Below, piece after piece: positions 54,900 to 63,893 of a DNA stretch of 64,000 nucleotides. The notes beneath the pieces were generated by a model. The model saw only the letters and a program-made list of their open reading frames with translations, had not been told where the DNA came from and ran no database searches. Made by a program: the position numbers and the translations under genes. Source of the DNA: a virus; the IMG/VR virus record IMGVR_UViG_3300038393_001027, positions 47,152-111,151 of that record; one strand, written 5' to 3'. Positions within the stretch are counted from its first letter, which is position 1; each line of letters starts with the position of its first letter.

Positions 54900-55957
54900 T
54901 AGTCCGGACTCCAGCCCCGGTCCATGTGGCCGCGATCAGGCCGGGCCTCAGCGCCGCAATTGTGTACAGCGTTCTGGCTTGGTGTCCGGGGGCACCGGAT
55001 GGTAATCTCCTCACCGGGCTGGATGCGCAGGGCGCCCACCTTCACCAGTGCGTCCAAGGCACTGGTAGCATACACAGACCTGCCATAGCCTGTGTTGTCG
55101 TTGCGCTCCACGAACACATGGACGCGCAGTTTGTTGCCGCCTTGGTCGCCCACAGTGTTGCAGTTGCAGGGACCGGGGTCCATGGTCGGGCCGTTGGGGA
55201 CGGCGCAGTCATTGGCATGCGGATCAAGGGTGTCCGGCTCGACGGTCACAGAGGCGCCCGGCGCGATCTGCCGGATGAGCACGGAGGCGCCCAGCAGGCC
55301 GATATGCAAATCGGACTTCTCCAGCGCGTCAAGGTGGTCGTTGGCATGGACAACGGTAGCCTTGACGTTGCCGCCCCCGTGGTTGGTCTCTACATAGAAC
55401 TTGGGCAGGTCCGGCAGGCGCTCGATGATGATGCGGTCGCCGGGGCTCATGCTGGGGTTCCAGCCTGACATCTGCAGTGCACGCAGGGGCGTTGGGGCCT
55501 CGTAGGTGTTGCCCTGATCGTAGTCATCGCCTTGAAGCGCGACTACATAGCGGTGGGTGTGGATGACCGGGGCGCCCGTGCGGTTGTGCTCCGGCTGGGG
55601 TGCTCCAGTGCGGCCCGTGCGGTTGTGCTCCGGCTGGGGTGCTCCAGTGCGGCCCGTGCGGTTGTGCTCCGGCTGGGGCGACGGGTCCACAGCCTGCATC
55701 TCAGCCCACTGGGCGCCCGTCTGGTGCTCGGGTACGTCGTCGGCTGGGTACTCGTGGTTTAGCCTAAAAAGGGCCTCCACGTGACGGATGCTGTGCGCGC
55801 CTTCGGCGTAGCGGGTTAGACGGAAGCTATTTGCGGCTTGGTGCTGGCCGTTGGCGTGCAGGCAAGACTGGATCTGGCACTCCAACTGCTCGATCAGGCG
55901 CTCAGTGGCGGCACGTTCAGTCGGATTCGTTGGCTGGAGCTTCAGATGGATGCGCAT
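54899..55957 (-). CDS. hypothetical protein with internal repeats
   Basis: GAGGAGG RBS; 13-aa tandem repeat; three short A...L.AL modules. Confidence 0.7.
   Translation of the reverse strand: MRIHLKLQPTNPTERAATERLIEQLECQIQSCLHANGQHQAANSFRLTRYAEGAHSIRHVEALFRLNHEYPADDVPEHQTGAQWAEMQAVDPSPQPEHNRTGRTGAPQPEHNRTGRTGAPQPEHNRTGAPVIHTHRYVVALQGDDYDQGNTYEAPTPLRALQMSGWNPSMSPGDRIIIERLPDLPKFYVETNHGGGNVKATVVHANDHLDALEKSDLHIGLLGASVLIRQIAPGASVTVEPDTLDPHANDCAVPNGPTMDPGPCNCNTVGDQGGNKLRVHVFVERNDNTGYGRSVYATSALDALVKVGALRIQPGEEITIRCPRTPSQNAVHNCGAEARPDRGHMDRGWSPD
55574..55678. repeat. 39-bp in-frame tandem repeat, 2.7 copies
   Basis: GCCCGTGCGGTTGTGCTCCGGCTGGGGTGCTCCAGTGCG. Confidence 0.9.
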
Positions 55958-55962
55958 GTGGG

Positions 55963-56262
55963 TTAGTCCTCCTCGATGACGCTGGGTTGGGGCGGCTCAA
56001 CGGGCGCCGGGCGGGTGGCCCACAGCAGGACCAAGACGAAGGCCCATGCAAGGATGCCGCCGCTTGCCTTGGTGCCATGGAGCAGGATGACGTCAAGCGG
56101 GATGCTCAGGCCGATCAGGGTAACCCCCAGCCATGGACGGTACTGGGGCAGTCTGGGGCGCCAGCGCCGGGTTGCCAGCGGTCCCCGGTTGCTCAGTGTG
56201 AGCACCCAGAAGACCGGGAACAGGATGGCAAAGGCGAAGCCTGCGATCCTCAGTAGTAACAA
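55963..56262 (-). CDS. small membrane protein (3 TM)
   Basis: Three hydrophobic stretches; GGAGGTGA RBS. Confidence 0.7.
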   Translation of the reverse strand: MLLLRIAGFAFAILFPVFWVLTLSNRGPLATRRWRPRLPQYRPWLGVTLIGLSIPLDVILLHGTKASGGILAWAFVLVLLWATRPAPVEPPQPSVIEED

Positions 56263-56275
56263 GTTCGGTCACCTC

Positions 56276-56491
56276 CTAGCCCAGCTTGAAGCGCTTCTCG
56301 ATCTGGCCGTACAAGCGGTCGGGGCTCAGCCAGCTATAGGCGACGTCTTCGAGGGGCGCGGTTAGCTGGGTTTCCAACTCGATCAGGGCTTCTGGGTAGG
56401 TGTCGCACTCCTTGCCTTCCTTGACGGGCGTGTTGGGGCGCCCCTCATCGGCAATCACATAGACAACAGGAACGAAGATCTCATGTAACAA
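56276..56491 (-). CDS. small hypothetical protein
   Basis: AAAGGAGG RBS; first gene after motif copy 6. Confidence 0.65.
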   Translation of the reverse strand: MLHEIFVPVVYVIADEGRPNTPVKEGKECDTYPEALIELETQLTAPLEDVAYSWLSPDRLYGQIEKRFKLG

Positions 56492-56559
56492 GTCGTTTCC
56501 CTCCTTTCATGTCCTCCATCAAGGATAGGGGCGCCCGGTGGACGCCCCTGTTGGTGGTA

Positions 56560-56586
56560 GTACGCCAGCCTTCAGAGGCTGTGACA
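56560..56586 (-). promoter_or_regulatory. promoter-like motif TGTCACA-N16-GTAC, copy 6
   Basis: Minus strand TGTCACAgcctctgaaggctggcGTAC, immediately after the portal stop. Confidence 0.7.
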
Positions 56587-56590
56587 GATT

Positions 56591-58648
56591 TTACTCCAAA
56601 ATTTCGATGGTGATGGATTTGGTCAGTTTGCGGCCCTTGGGCTTGGTTTTGGCCTTCGCCTTGTCGGCTTCGGCCTTGACCTCGCGGTCCTTGTCCCGCT
56701 GGTGGCCGTCGTGCTCCCGCTCAACGTCACCCTGCTCCATAGCCTGCGCGTGCTGGGCGGCGAGCGTCTCCATGTCCCGGCCGTGCTGGGCTTGGGCGCC
56801 CTTCTCGTCGATGTCCCCAGTGTACTCAGCTTCGGCCTTAGCCTGCTCATGCACCTGTGCCTGCTGTTCGAGCTTGTGCCCGTGCTGGACCTGCGCAAGT
56901 TCGCCCTTGCGGTCGTCGGCCGCCTTGGCGTTGGCGCCCTGCACATGCCCGCCTACGATGGCCTGTTCCAGCTTCTGGCCGTGCTGGAACTGGGCAAGTT
57001 CCTTGACGTGACCGTGCTTCATCTGCTCCATTTCCTTGGCCTGCCCATGTTGCTGGGCCTGCTGTTCCAAGGTCTGCTGGTGCTGTTGGGCGCCCTGATC
57101 AGCCTGCATCTGGGCCTGCTGTGCCCCGGTGACGTACTGGGCGGCGACGGTGTTCACAGGCTTGTAGATCCATGTGATATCCTCACCTTCAGGTACGACG
57201 CCTTCAAGGGTGATGTCCATGGCCTTCTGCTCGATGGCCGGGACGGTGATGCCCGCCTCCAGCCGGAGCTTGGCGAGGTTGATCTTGGCCTCTTCGTCAT
57301 CCGGATCCAGCCCAACCCACTGGAACTCGAAGTCGGGCGCCACGTAGGGCAGGATGTAGCGGTTGAATAGCTCAGCGAGGAAGGTCATCAGGGGCTTGAA
57401 ACCCTTGTCCTTGGCGTTGTCCATCTTGGACTTCTGGGCGTCGCTCTCCACCTTGGAGTTGCCCCCGCCGGAGGAGAAGCCCCGGAAGCCGATCTCGCTG
57501 GGGTCCGTACCGTAGATGGCGCACGTGATCGTGGTCAGGTACTCCAGCCACGATGAGAACTCCATCTCCTTGTTGTTCTGCTTGAACGGGGTGAAGGCGA
57601 TCCCGGCGCCCTCGCTGGCCGCGAAGAAGGGGACCTTGTGCTTGCCAACTACCCCAGAGACCGTGGCCTGCCACTCCCGGCGGAACTCAGCCAACTGATC
57701 GGGGTCGTACTTGCCCACAGCCGACAGGATGCCTTGAGGCAGGTTCGAGTGGGTGAAGTAGCTGGCGTTGTACTTCTCGGCGTTGAGGTGGCTGGTCACG
57801 GTCTCGATCAGCAGTTCAAGTTCAGAGAGGCCGTAGAGGGCGAACTCGATGTCGGTTCTGGGGTTGCGGATCCCGTACACCAGTGAGCCTGTGGGGAACT
57901 CAGCGATGATCTCCCCTTGGTAGCGCTGGACGTACTCGATCTCGGTCGGATGCGCCCGGCCAACACTGGTCTGGGGTTCATAGACGGGGAACTGCCAGTG
58001 ACCCTCACCTGCGTTGTACTTGTTGTCCACCACAGGCTCGATGGTGGCGGCGTCAACTGCCCACCATTCCACCACCCGGCGCCCCAGCCGATCCGTCACA
58101 TTCTCGAAGGTCACGGCGTCCAGCGTGAGCGAATCCCGAACGATTTTGCGCAGGAAGGTGTCAAAGTTATCCCTACGCCGAACATTCACCGCTATTCCGG
58201 TATTAAGAAATGCCTCCTCCAAATTGAAGGCCTGCTTTTCTTCCGCCATCGTGGGCTTGCGCTTTCGATCTTTTAGCGCAATTTTGAAACCAGTATCAGT
58301 GGCATGATAGGGGCGCCGGGAGAACTTGCTGATCTCATTCATCCGGGTCTGGATGATGGCCGCCACGGGTTTTACCTTAGTAGCCATCTGGCGCAGGATC
58401 TGGAAGCCGATCGGTGACGGCTTGGCTTTGGACCCCAGATAGTTGAGCACGTTGCTGGGGTCCACCAAGATGGCGTTGGGGTCAGAGCGCCGGGCCTGCT
58501 CTAACTGGCGCTTCTGTTGTTCGAGCGCGTCATCACGATAGGCCTTGATTAGGTCCATTTCAGACGTGATGCGGCCCCCGGTCTGCTCCCGCAGGCGGGC
58601 GATGTTGGCGAGGTGTTCAGCGACTTGTTCAACCTGCAATTCGGCCAT
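56591..58648 (-). CDS. portal protein with long Gln/His-rich C-terminal extension
   Basis: AII.TR.N, FLRKIVRDSL..D...FE, VDAATI, NPRTD...YGLSELE, FSSWLEYL...CAIY..DPSEIG, DKGFKPL. Confidence 0.93.
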   Translation of the reverse strand: MAELQVEQVAEHLANIARLREQTGGRITSEMDLIKAYRDDALEQQKRQLEQARRSDPNAILVDPSNVLNYLGSKAKPSPIGFQILRQMATKVKPVAAIIQTRMNEISKFSRRPYHATDTGFKIALKDRKRKPTMAEEKQAFNLEEAFLNTGIAVNVRRRDNFDTFLRKIVRDSLTLDAVTFENVTDRLGRRVVEWWAVDAATIEPVVDNKYNAGEGHWQFPVYEPQTSVGRAHPTEIEYVQRYQGEIIAEFPTGSLVYGIRNPRTDIEFALYGLSELELLIETVTSHLNAEKYNASYFTHSNLPQGILSAVGKYDPDQLAEFRREWQATVSGVVGKHKVPFFAASEGAGIAFTPFKQNNKEMEFSSWLEYLTTITCAIYGTDPSEIGFRGFSSGGGNSKVESDAQKSKMDNAKDKGFKPLMTFLAELFNRYILPYVAPDFEFQWVGLDPDDEEAKINLAKLRLEAGITVPAIEQKAMDITLEGVVPEGEDITWIYKPVNTVAAQYVTGAQQAQMQADQGAQQHQQTLEQQAQQHGQAKEMEQMKHGHVKELAQFQHGQKLEQAIVGGHVQGANAKAADDRKGELAQVQHGHKLEQQAQVHEQAKAEAEYTGDIDEKGAQAQHGRDMETLAAQHAQAMEQGDVEREHDGHQRDKDREVKAEADKAKAKTKPKGRKLTKSITIEILE

Positions 58649-58709
58649 GGTTTGGCCCACCCCCAATCTTGTCGTGTGTAAATTCCGTGGGTGGTGGGTG
58701 GATTCCTGC

Positions 58710-59057
58710 TTACTGGCGCAGGCTGTTGGGCTCTTCGGGCTGATCGTCCGTGATCAGGAAGTGGGCCAACTCGCGCAGGCCCTGCCGGATCATGGCCTCC
58801 CATGCAGACGCCTTCATGTAGTAGAACTGGTCGGGTGGTAGTATCACGGAATTACCAATGGGGCGTCCGTTCATGGTGCCTGTGATGCGCACCCGGTAGT
58901 CCTTAATTGGTCCTTGATAGCTGAGTTCAAGGGTCGGTAGGCCTTGATGAACTTGGTAGCACTCGATCAGCCAGCCCTTGGAATGGTTCGTCTGTTTGAT
59001 CAGCTTGCCTTCAAGGCCTTGGTTCAGCAGTCGCATCTGGTAGGCGGTCAGGTTCAT
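58710..59057 (-). CDS. hypothetical protein
   Basis: AGGGGG RBS; 115 aa. Confidence 0.65.
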   Translation of the reverse strand: MNLTAYQMRLLNQGLEGKLIKQTNHSKGWLIECYQVHQGLPTLELSYQGPIKDYRVRITGTMNGRPIGNSVILPPDQFYYMKASAWEAMIRQGLRELAHFLITDDQPEEPNSLRQ

Positions 59058-59070
59058 GTGGTTTTGCCCC

Positions 59071-59274
59071 CTAGTTCAGTGTAACCCACAGGTAGCCAGC
59101 CGTCTTGCAGAGGTTGCATGGCTGGCGCTCTGTGGGCGATAGATGGAAAACCTTGGAACCGTTGCAGTCCGGGCAGACCCGGCGGATGAAGCCCTGCTCC
59201 AGATCCCTCTGGGAGACAAAGCGCCAATCCACAGGGTTGGGATAACTCTGTTGGTAAACGATGGCTAGTTTCAC
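59071..59274 (-). CDS. small DnaJ-type zinc-finger protein
   Basis: CPDCNG...CNLCK..G; GTG overlaps the upstream stop. Confidence 0.6.
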   Translation of the reverse strand: MKLAIVYQQSYPNPVDWRFVSQRDLEQGFIRRVCPDCNGSKVFHLSPTERQPCNLCKTAGYLWVTLN

Positions 59275-59453
59275 AGCCGCACAAGACCCAGCTTTACACG
59301 GGCGTCGCTGATGTGGCTGATTAGCCATGCTCGGCGGGCGATCTTGCGGGCGTTGGAATGGAAGCGCCGGGTTTCGCCCCAGCGATCAATGATGTGAAGT
59401 TGCTGTAGTTCGCGCTCCCAGTTGGCTAAACGAGTCTGCAGTGTTGGGGCCAT
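59271..59453 (-). CDS. small basic protein
   Basis: GAGGAGGAG RBS. Confidence 0.6.
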   Translation of the reverse strand: MAPTLQTRLANWERELQQLHIIDRWGETRRFHSNARKIARRAWLISHISDARVKLGLVRL

Positions 59454-59554
59454 ACTTGCTCCTCCTCAAAGGAAAAGCCCGGCGTCCCCATACGACGCCG
59501 GGCCTCAATATGGGGCGGGCGCTGAGCGGGCGCCCGCTTCTGGGTCTGAGGATC

Positions 59555-59782
59555 TTAGGTCAGGACGCCGACAGCGTTGGGTCGGTTGCCGTCCAGCACC
59601 TTGCCGCACTTGGGGCAGTGCTTGACGGCGGCCATGGTGGCGGGGACCACCACATTACCGCAAAGCTGGCACTGCACGTGCAGGTTAGCGCGTACCGGGT
59701 CGTTCTCGGTGCCCGGCTTATCGCTGGGCCACGTCACGTCAACGTCGGTCGGGTCGGGGACCTGCTTGTGATCGATCGACAT
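59555..59782 (-). CDS. small zinc-ribbon protein
   Basis: GGAGGTGA RBS; CQLC...CPKC. Confidence 0.7.
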   Translation of the reverse strand: MSIDHKQVPDPTDVDVTWPSDKPGTENDPVRANLHVQCQLCGNVVVPATMAAVKHCPKCGKVLDGNRPNAVGVLT

Positions 59783-59969
59783 GTTCGGGTTCACCTCCTT
59801 CGTCGATGGGCGGGGGTTGCCCCTCGTACAGGCCGCAGAAGTACGCTGACCCCAGCCAACCTGCATAGGGGTGCCCGTTTATAATCGGGGTGCTCAGGTA
59901 GACCATGGGGAACTGTGGTTCAGGCTCACTATTCGGGGTCCAGTCGGGGTACTCCTGCTTTGGGTTCAT
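59739..59969 (-). CDS. small hypothetical protein
   Basis: AAAGGAGG RBS but overlaps both neighbours. Confidence 0.4.
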   Translation of the reverse strand: MNPKQEYPDWTPNSEPEPQFPMVYLSTPIINGHPYAGWLGSAYFCGLYEGQPPPIDEGGEPEHVDRSQAGPRPDRR

Positions 59970-60336
59970 CGATGTGAAGTGCCTCCTTTAGCTGGGCCAG
60001 CCGCTTGGCGTCAAAGGCGCAGATGTCGCACCCAGCCGGGCCGCCACAAGTAGCCATGTGCCCGTCTGGCCGGGGAATGACCTGCCCGTGCCCGCTGTTG
60101 CGGTCAAACCAGTTGAAGCCCTCAGCCAGTTGGGTGCCGGGGTCATCAACGTCAGACAGGTCCACGGCGAAGTAACCTTCAGCCTTCATCTGTTCAACTG
60201 CGCGGGCGCTCCACGCCTCTCCAGCCGGGCAATCACAGGCTTCAGCGCTGATGAAGTCGGGGTTGGTGGGGCTGGGCGTCTCGATGTAGCCCCGGTTCTT
60301 GCACTTGAAGCAGGGTGTGGCTACGTTGTCGCTCAT
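59929..60336 (-). CDS. Cys-rich hypothetical protein
   Basis: GGAGGTG RBS; CFKC...CDC; HG.V.PRPDG..A.CGGP..C..C. Confidence 0.7.
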   Translation of the reverse strand: MSDNVATPCFKCKNRGYIETPSPTNPDFISAEACDCPAGEAWSARAVEQMKAEGYFAVDLSDVDDPGTQLAEGFNWFDRNSGHGQVIPRPDGHMATCGGPAGCDICAFDAKRLAQLKEALHIDEPKAGVPRLDPE

Positions 60337-60680
60337 GTGGGGTTGGACACCTCCTGTTGTTGGGGGAGCTTCAGCAGGCGCCCAGCCACAGCCTTCCACA
60401 GGCCGGGCGCCGCCTTGTCGGCTTGGATGGTCAGCAGTTGCAGGCGTGCCCACGACTCGGGGCGCCAGTGCCCATCAGCATCATAGGCGCCCATCAACCG
60501 GGCGTCGCTGGGGTTGTCGTTCCAGACAAAGGCTGTGACCTTGAGCAACTTGGCACGCCCGCAGGCCATGCCTAGGGCGCTGGAAGGGTCGGCAAAGGGG
60601 ACGATGCGAGTGCCATGTGCGAACTGAAAGGTCTTGAAGAACCGGGCCTGTCCTAGGTTGCCGTGCGGGATGGTAGTCAT
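60333..60680 (-). CDS. hypothetical protein
   Basis: AAGGAG RBS. Confidence 0.65.
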   Translation of the reverse strand: MTTIPHGNLGQARFFKTFQFAHGTRIVPFADPSSALGMACGRAKLLKVTAFVWNDNPSDARLMGAYDADGHWRPESWARLQLLTIQADKAAPGLWKAVAGRLLKLPQQQEVSNPT

Positions 60681-60695
60681 GTAGGTATCCGCTCC

Positions 60696-61583
60696 TTATG
60701 CGTTGGTGGTGATCCAGTTCAACCACATCCGGAACAGACTGTCAGCAACAGCGAACATCTCACGTTGGTCGATGGGTGAGCCGAAGGGCCGCAGTAGGCC
60801 GATGGCATCGGCGATGAACTCTCGCCGCTTATCCATCGACAGTCCCTTGGGCCACCAGATGTGTCCACCCCGGCCCGCTTGTTCGGCATGCTCTTCCCAG
60901 CGGTTGCTGGGCCGCCATGGCAGGGCGTTCCGTTCCAGCATCTGTAGGTGCTGGCCTTGGATGGCGCCGGGCGCGTAGGGCAACACCTTGCCGGGTGCGG
61001 ACTGGTGGGTGCTGAACTGGCGCTTGCAGGTGGTGCACGTGTAGATGTGGTAGGCACCGTGGTTGCCTTGATATTGCCCGTAGGCTTCTTGAAGCTCAGA
61101 GCAGTAAGCGCAGGGGAGCCTGTGGGCGGCATTACTGGGGCGCCCAAGAATGGTGGTGGGCGGCTCTGGCACGCGCTGTTTGGCTTCCCCATCCCAGACG
61201 TGGTTGCAGGAGTAACATTCGTAGCGGTGCATGCCCCGGTGATCCATGACGAGACCCCGGTCGATGCCGGACCCCCCACACTTCGGGCACTTGGGCGCTT
61301 GAGGCGGCGGCTCAGCAGGCTTGGTGCTGGTCTGGGTGCTGTTCTGGGGGTAGACCCGGAAGTCCGCCTCGCAGTGCAGGCACTTCAGGTCGCAGTGGGT
61401 ATCGCTGGAATCTACTTCATCCAGCTTGCCGATGGAGCAGTGGGGGCAGTTGCCACCCGGCCTGAGCATGTTCAACCACTCCTTCCGGGGTATCAGGGTC
61501 GCACAGGACACACAGCGCCAGAACATGGACCCGCCCCGACAGACAAAAGCGCCTCGGGACGACTCGCAGTGGGTGCACTTCAT
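60696..61583 (-). CDS. protein with four zinc ribbons
   Basis: CTHC/CVSC, CPHC/CLHC, CPKC/CYSC, CAYC/CTTC. Confidence 0.75.
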   Translation of the reverse strand: MKCTHCESSRGAFVCRGGSMFWRCVSCATLIPRKEWLNMLRPGGNCPHCSIGKLDEVDSSDTHCDLKCLHCEADFRVYPQNSTQTSTKPAEPPPQAPKCPKCGGSGIDRGLVMDHRGMHRYECYSCNHVWDGEAKQRVPEPPTTILGRPSNAAHRLPCAYCSELQEAYGQYQGNHGAYHIYTCTTCKRQFSTHQSAPGKVLPYAPGAIQGQHLQMLERNALPWRPSNRWEEHAEQAGRGGHIWWPKGLSMDKRREFIADAIGLLRPFGSPIDQREMFAVADSLFRMWLNWITTNA

Positions 61584-61605
61584 GTACGCTCACCTCACCT
61601 CAGAT

Positions 61606-63369
61606 TTAGAGCCAGATGATCGAACCTCCTGCCCGGTCGTCCAGTTCTCGCCGTAGGCCGATGCAGAGGTAGTTCCAAGCGTGTCCGAAGTGATCCCCAC
61701 CCGGCAGGGTGCCGATGCGTTCGTTGATGACCTCACGGCCGTCAGCGCCATCCTCGATGTCCATGACGGATACAAGGTTGGTCAGGTGCTTGATGAACAC
61801 CTGAAAGATGGGTAAGTGGCCGCCCTTGTAGGGCGCCAGCGTTGGATCGTCCACAATCCACTTGGGAATGATGATCTTGCGGTCTACGAACATCTTCAGG
61901 GCGACTTTGAGCGTCAGGGTGCGGTCCACGTTCACTCGGAAGTCATTGTCGTTCCATGCGTCCGTGAAGCTCTTGGTGTAGTCCGTCTGGTTGTTGGGGT
62001 AGAAGCAGGAGTAGACCCGCGCGGGGAACTCCTTCAGTAGCTCGTAGTTGCGATCCTTGCCGTAGCCAGCGTCAAAGACGCCGCGCTTGGCGTCCATCAG
62101 CTTGAAGAAAGCCTTGGAGCGCTCAAAGTGCGGATTCTTGTCCTCAGGCTCCTTCATCTTGTCACTGATGTGCTGAATGCCTGTCAGGACGATTCGGCCG
62201 TCGCCGAAGGGCGCCCCGGCGATCTGCCACGAGTCGTTACCCCAGTCGCCGCCAACCTGCACCTTGGTGCGTACAGCAGGGGGCAGGTCATAGGGGTTGG
62301 TCATGCTGTTGTCGATGCACGCCCGGATGTTGCCCTCCGTGATCAGCACGTTCTTGCCCATGTAGGGCAGGCCGATGACATAGTTGGTGTGCAGTTGCTC
62401 CAGCTTGTAGTCAAGGAGCTTGTTGATCACGGAGGTGGCGCTGATCCACGGGGCAATTAACTGGCTGGTCTGGTAACCCCGGACACGCTTGTTCTCAGGG
62501 AACAGGGCGTACCAGAATCCATTCATCCGGGTGAGGTCGCTAACAGGCTCGTGGCACTGCATGCACTGGAAGTAGTGCGTCTGCTCCATGCCTTTGATGT
62601 CTGGGAAACGGTGCTTCAGCCGTGCCGGGATCTCCTGTATGCAGTTCGGCCAGTCATGCACGAGGGTGAAGAAGTGACCGCAGTAGGGGCACTCCATGAA
62701 CCAGTGCCGCTGGTCGGACTTCTGAAAGGACTCGTTGACGCCCACACCGGGCAGGCTTGGGGTGGAGACGTCCCGGCGGTAGCCATAGGTTGATGACGAC
62801 AGTGATTCGTTGAAAGCAACCGTAACGCCCTTGTGCATGCGATCAAGTTCGTCGAAGGTGACCATATCAGCGTCCACACCTTCGCCAGCCTTTGGGGTGG
62901 CGCCGGAGCGGAAGAAGATGAAGCTCGATCGGATCTTCTTCAGCGTCACACGGTCAACGTCGCCCGTTTCGCTCATCAGGCGGCTCAGGTAGGGCGAATC
63001 CTTGATCGTCTCCTCCAAGCGGGTGTTGGAGAAGTCTCGCACCTGATTCTCAGTCGGGAAGGTGTAGACCTGCTTGGTGTGCGGGTGCTGGTCGGCGAAC
63101 CACAGAGCCTCACGAACGGCGTTCTCCGACAGGCCTAGCTGGCGGGCCTTCTGCTGGGCCTTCCATGGATGCTGGTCGTCCATGATCTCCTGCAGAAAGC
63201 GCCGCTGGGCCTGTGGGCGGCTCATATCGTAGATGCCGTTCTCCAGCCGCGCTTCAAAGCGGTAGGGGCGCCCCCGGAGGGTGGTTAGCTCCTGCGCCCA
63301 GATGGAAGGCCGATGCTTGATGTTGTAGGCGACGACTTGGGCTTCGGTCGGTACGGTGGGTGCTGTCAT
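61606..63369 (-). CDS. terL: terminase large subunit (gpA-like, SPO1/Twort type), uninterrupted
   Basis: KARQLGLSE (Walker A), EGVDAD..TFDELD (Walker B), STPSLP..G, CPYC/CMQC, GGDWG, DHFGHA. Confidence 0.93.
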   Translation of the reverse strand: MTAPTVPTEAQVVAYNIKHRPSIWAQELTTLRGRPYRFEARLENGIYDMSRPQAQRRFLQEIMDDQHPWKAQQKARQLGLSENAVREALWFADQHPHTKQVYTFPTENQVRDFSNTRLEETIKDSPYLSRLMSETGDVDRVTLKKIRSSFIFFRSGATPKAGEGVDADMVTFDELDRMHKGVTVAFNESLSSSTYGYRRDVSTPSLPGVGVNESFQKSDQRHWFMECPYCGHFFTLVHDWPNCIQEIPARLKHRFPDIKGMEQTHYFQCMQCHEPVSDLTRMNGFWYALFPENKRVRGYQTSQLIAPWISATSVINKLLDYKLEQLHTNYVIGLPYMGKNVLITEGNIRACIDNSMTNPYDLPPAVRTKVQVGGDWGNDSWQIAGAPFGDGRIVLTGIQHISDKMKEPEDKNPHFERSKAFFKLMDAKRGVFDAGYGKDRNYELLKEFPARVYSCFYPNNQTDYTKSFTDAWNDNDFRVNVDRTLTLKVALKMFVDRKIIIPKWIVDDPTLAPYKGGHLPIFQVFIKHLTNLVSVMDIEDGADGREVINERIGTLPGGDHFGHAWNYLCIGLRRELDDRAGGSIIWL

Positions 63370-63408
63370 GTGGGCTGTCCCTCCTGTCAGTAAGAATAGG
63401 GGCCATGT

Positions 63409-63579
63409 TTACCGCTTGAATTCGGCAAACATGGCCCGAACCCTTCGACAGGCTTCCGAAACGTCAGGAGCGTCACCAATTTGCGTCAGAACCATGGTTA
63501 GCAGGAGTTGGCTGTACTTATCGACAGAAGCGTCCGTGCGTTCCCGAAGCTCTTTCAGGCTCGTAGGTTGATGTCGCAT
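63409..63579 (-). CDS. possible 56-aa protein
   Basis: Short helical ORF upstream of terL; weak AGGGTG RBS. Confidence 0.35.
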   Translation of the reverse strand: MRHQPTSLKELRERTDASVDKYSQLLLTMVLTQIGDAPDVSEACRRVRAMFAEFKR

Positions 63580-63635
63580 ACACACACCCTATGCAGGCCG
63601 TATAATGAGGGTGTTGGTGATAGGGGGTGTGTTTG

Positions 63636-63893
63636 ATGAAAGTAGCGTTCGTTGCGCTGGTGCTGGTTGTGGTAACTGGGTGCGGCCGGGCGGTCCCAGC
63701 GGCGGCGCCTGTACATATGACGCTGGTACCCCGTGGCCCGCATGGGTGCCTGATGCTTCCGCTCTTCACGGCTGATGGGCAGGGCACGGAGTTCTGGGAG
63801 ATTTGCAATCGGGATGACCAGTATCGGGTGCCGCCGAACCGGATCCGCTGGACAGAGGAGCCTGCTGGGGCATGGGCGCCCCAGTATCCCTAG
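63636..63893 (+). CDS. putative lipoprotein
   Basis: MKVAFVALVLVVVTG/C signal with lipobox; AGGGGG RBS; TATAAT at 63601. Confidence 0.6.
   Translation: MKVAFVALVLVVVTGCGRAVPAAAPVHMTLVPRGPHGCLMLPLFTADGQGTEFWEICNRDDQYRVPPNRIRWTEEPAGAWAPQYP

Noticed and set aside
54691-55014. 107-aa minus-strand ORF from the track
   Set aside because: Overlaps the upstream gene by over 100 nt and spans a leader hairpin; the coupled 49-aa ORF 54750..54899 fits better.
61606-63369. Intron or intein in the terminase, common in Twort-like phages
   Set aside because: The ORF is continuous, of normal length, and lacks splicing motifs.
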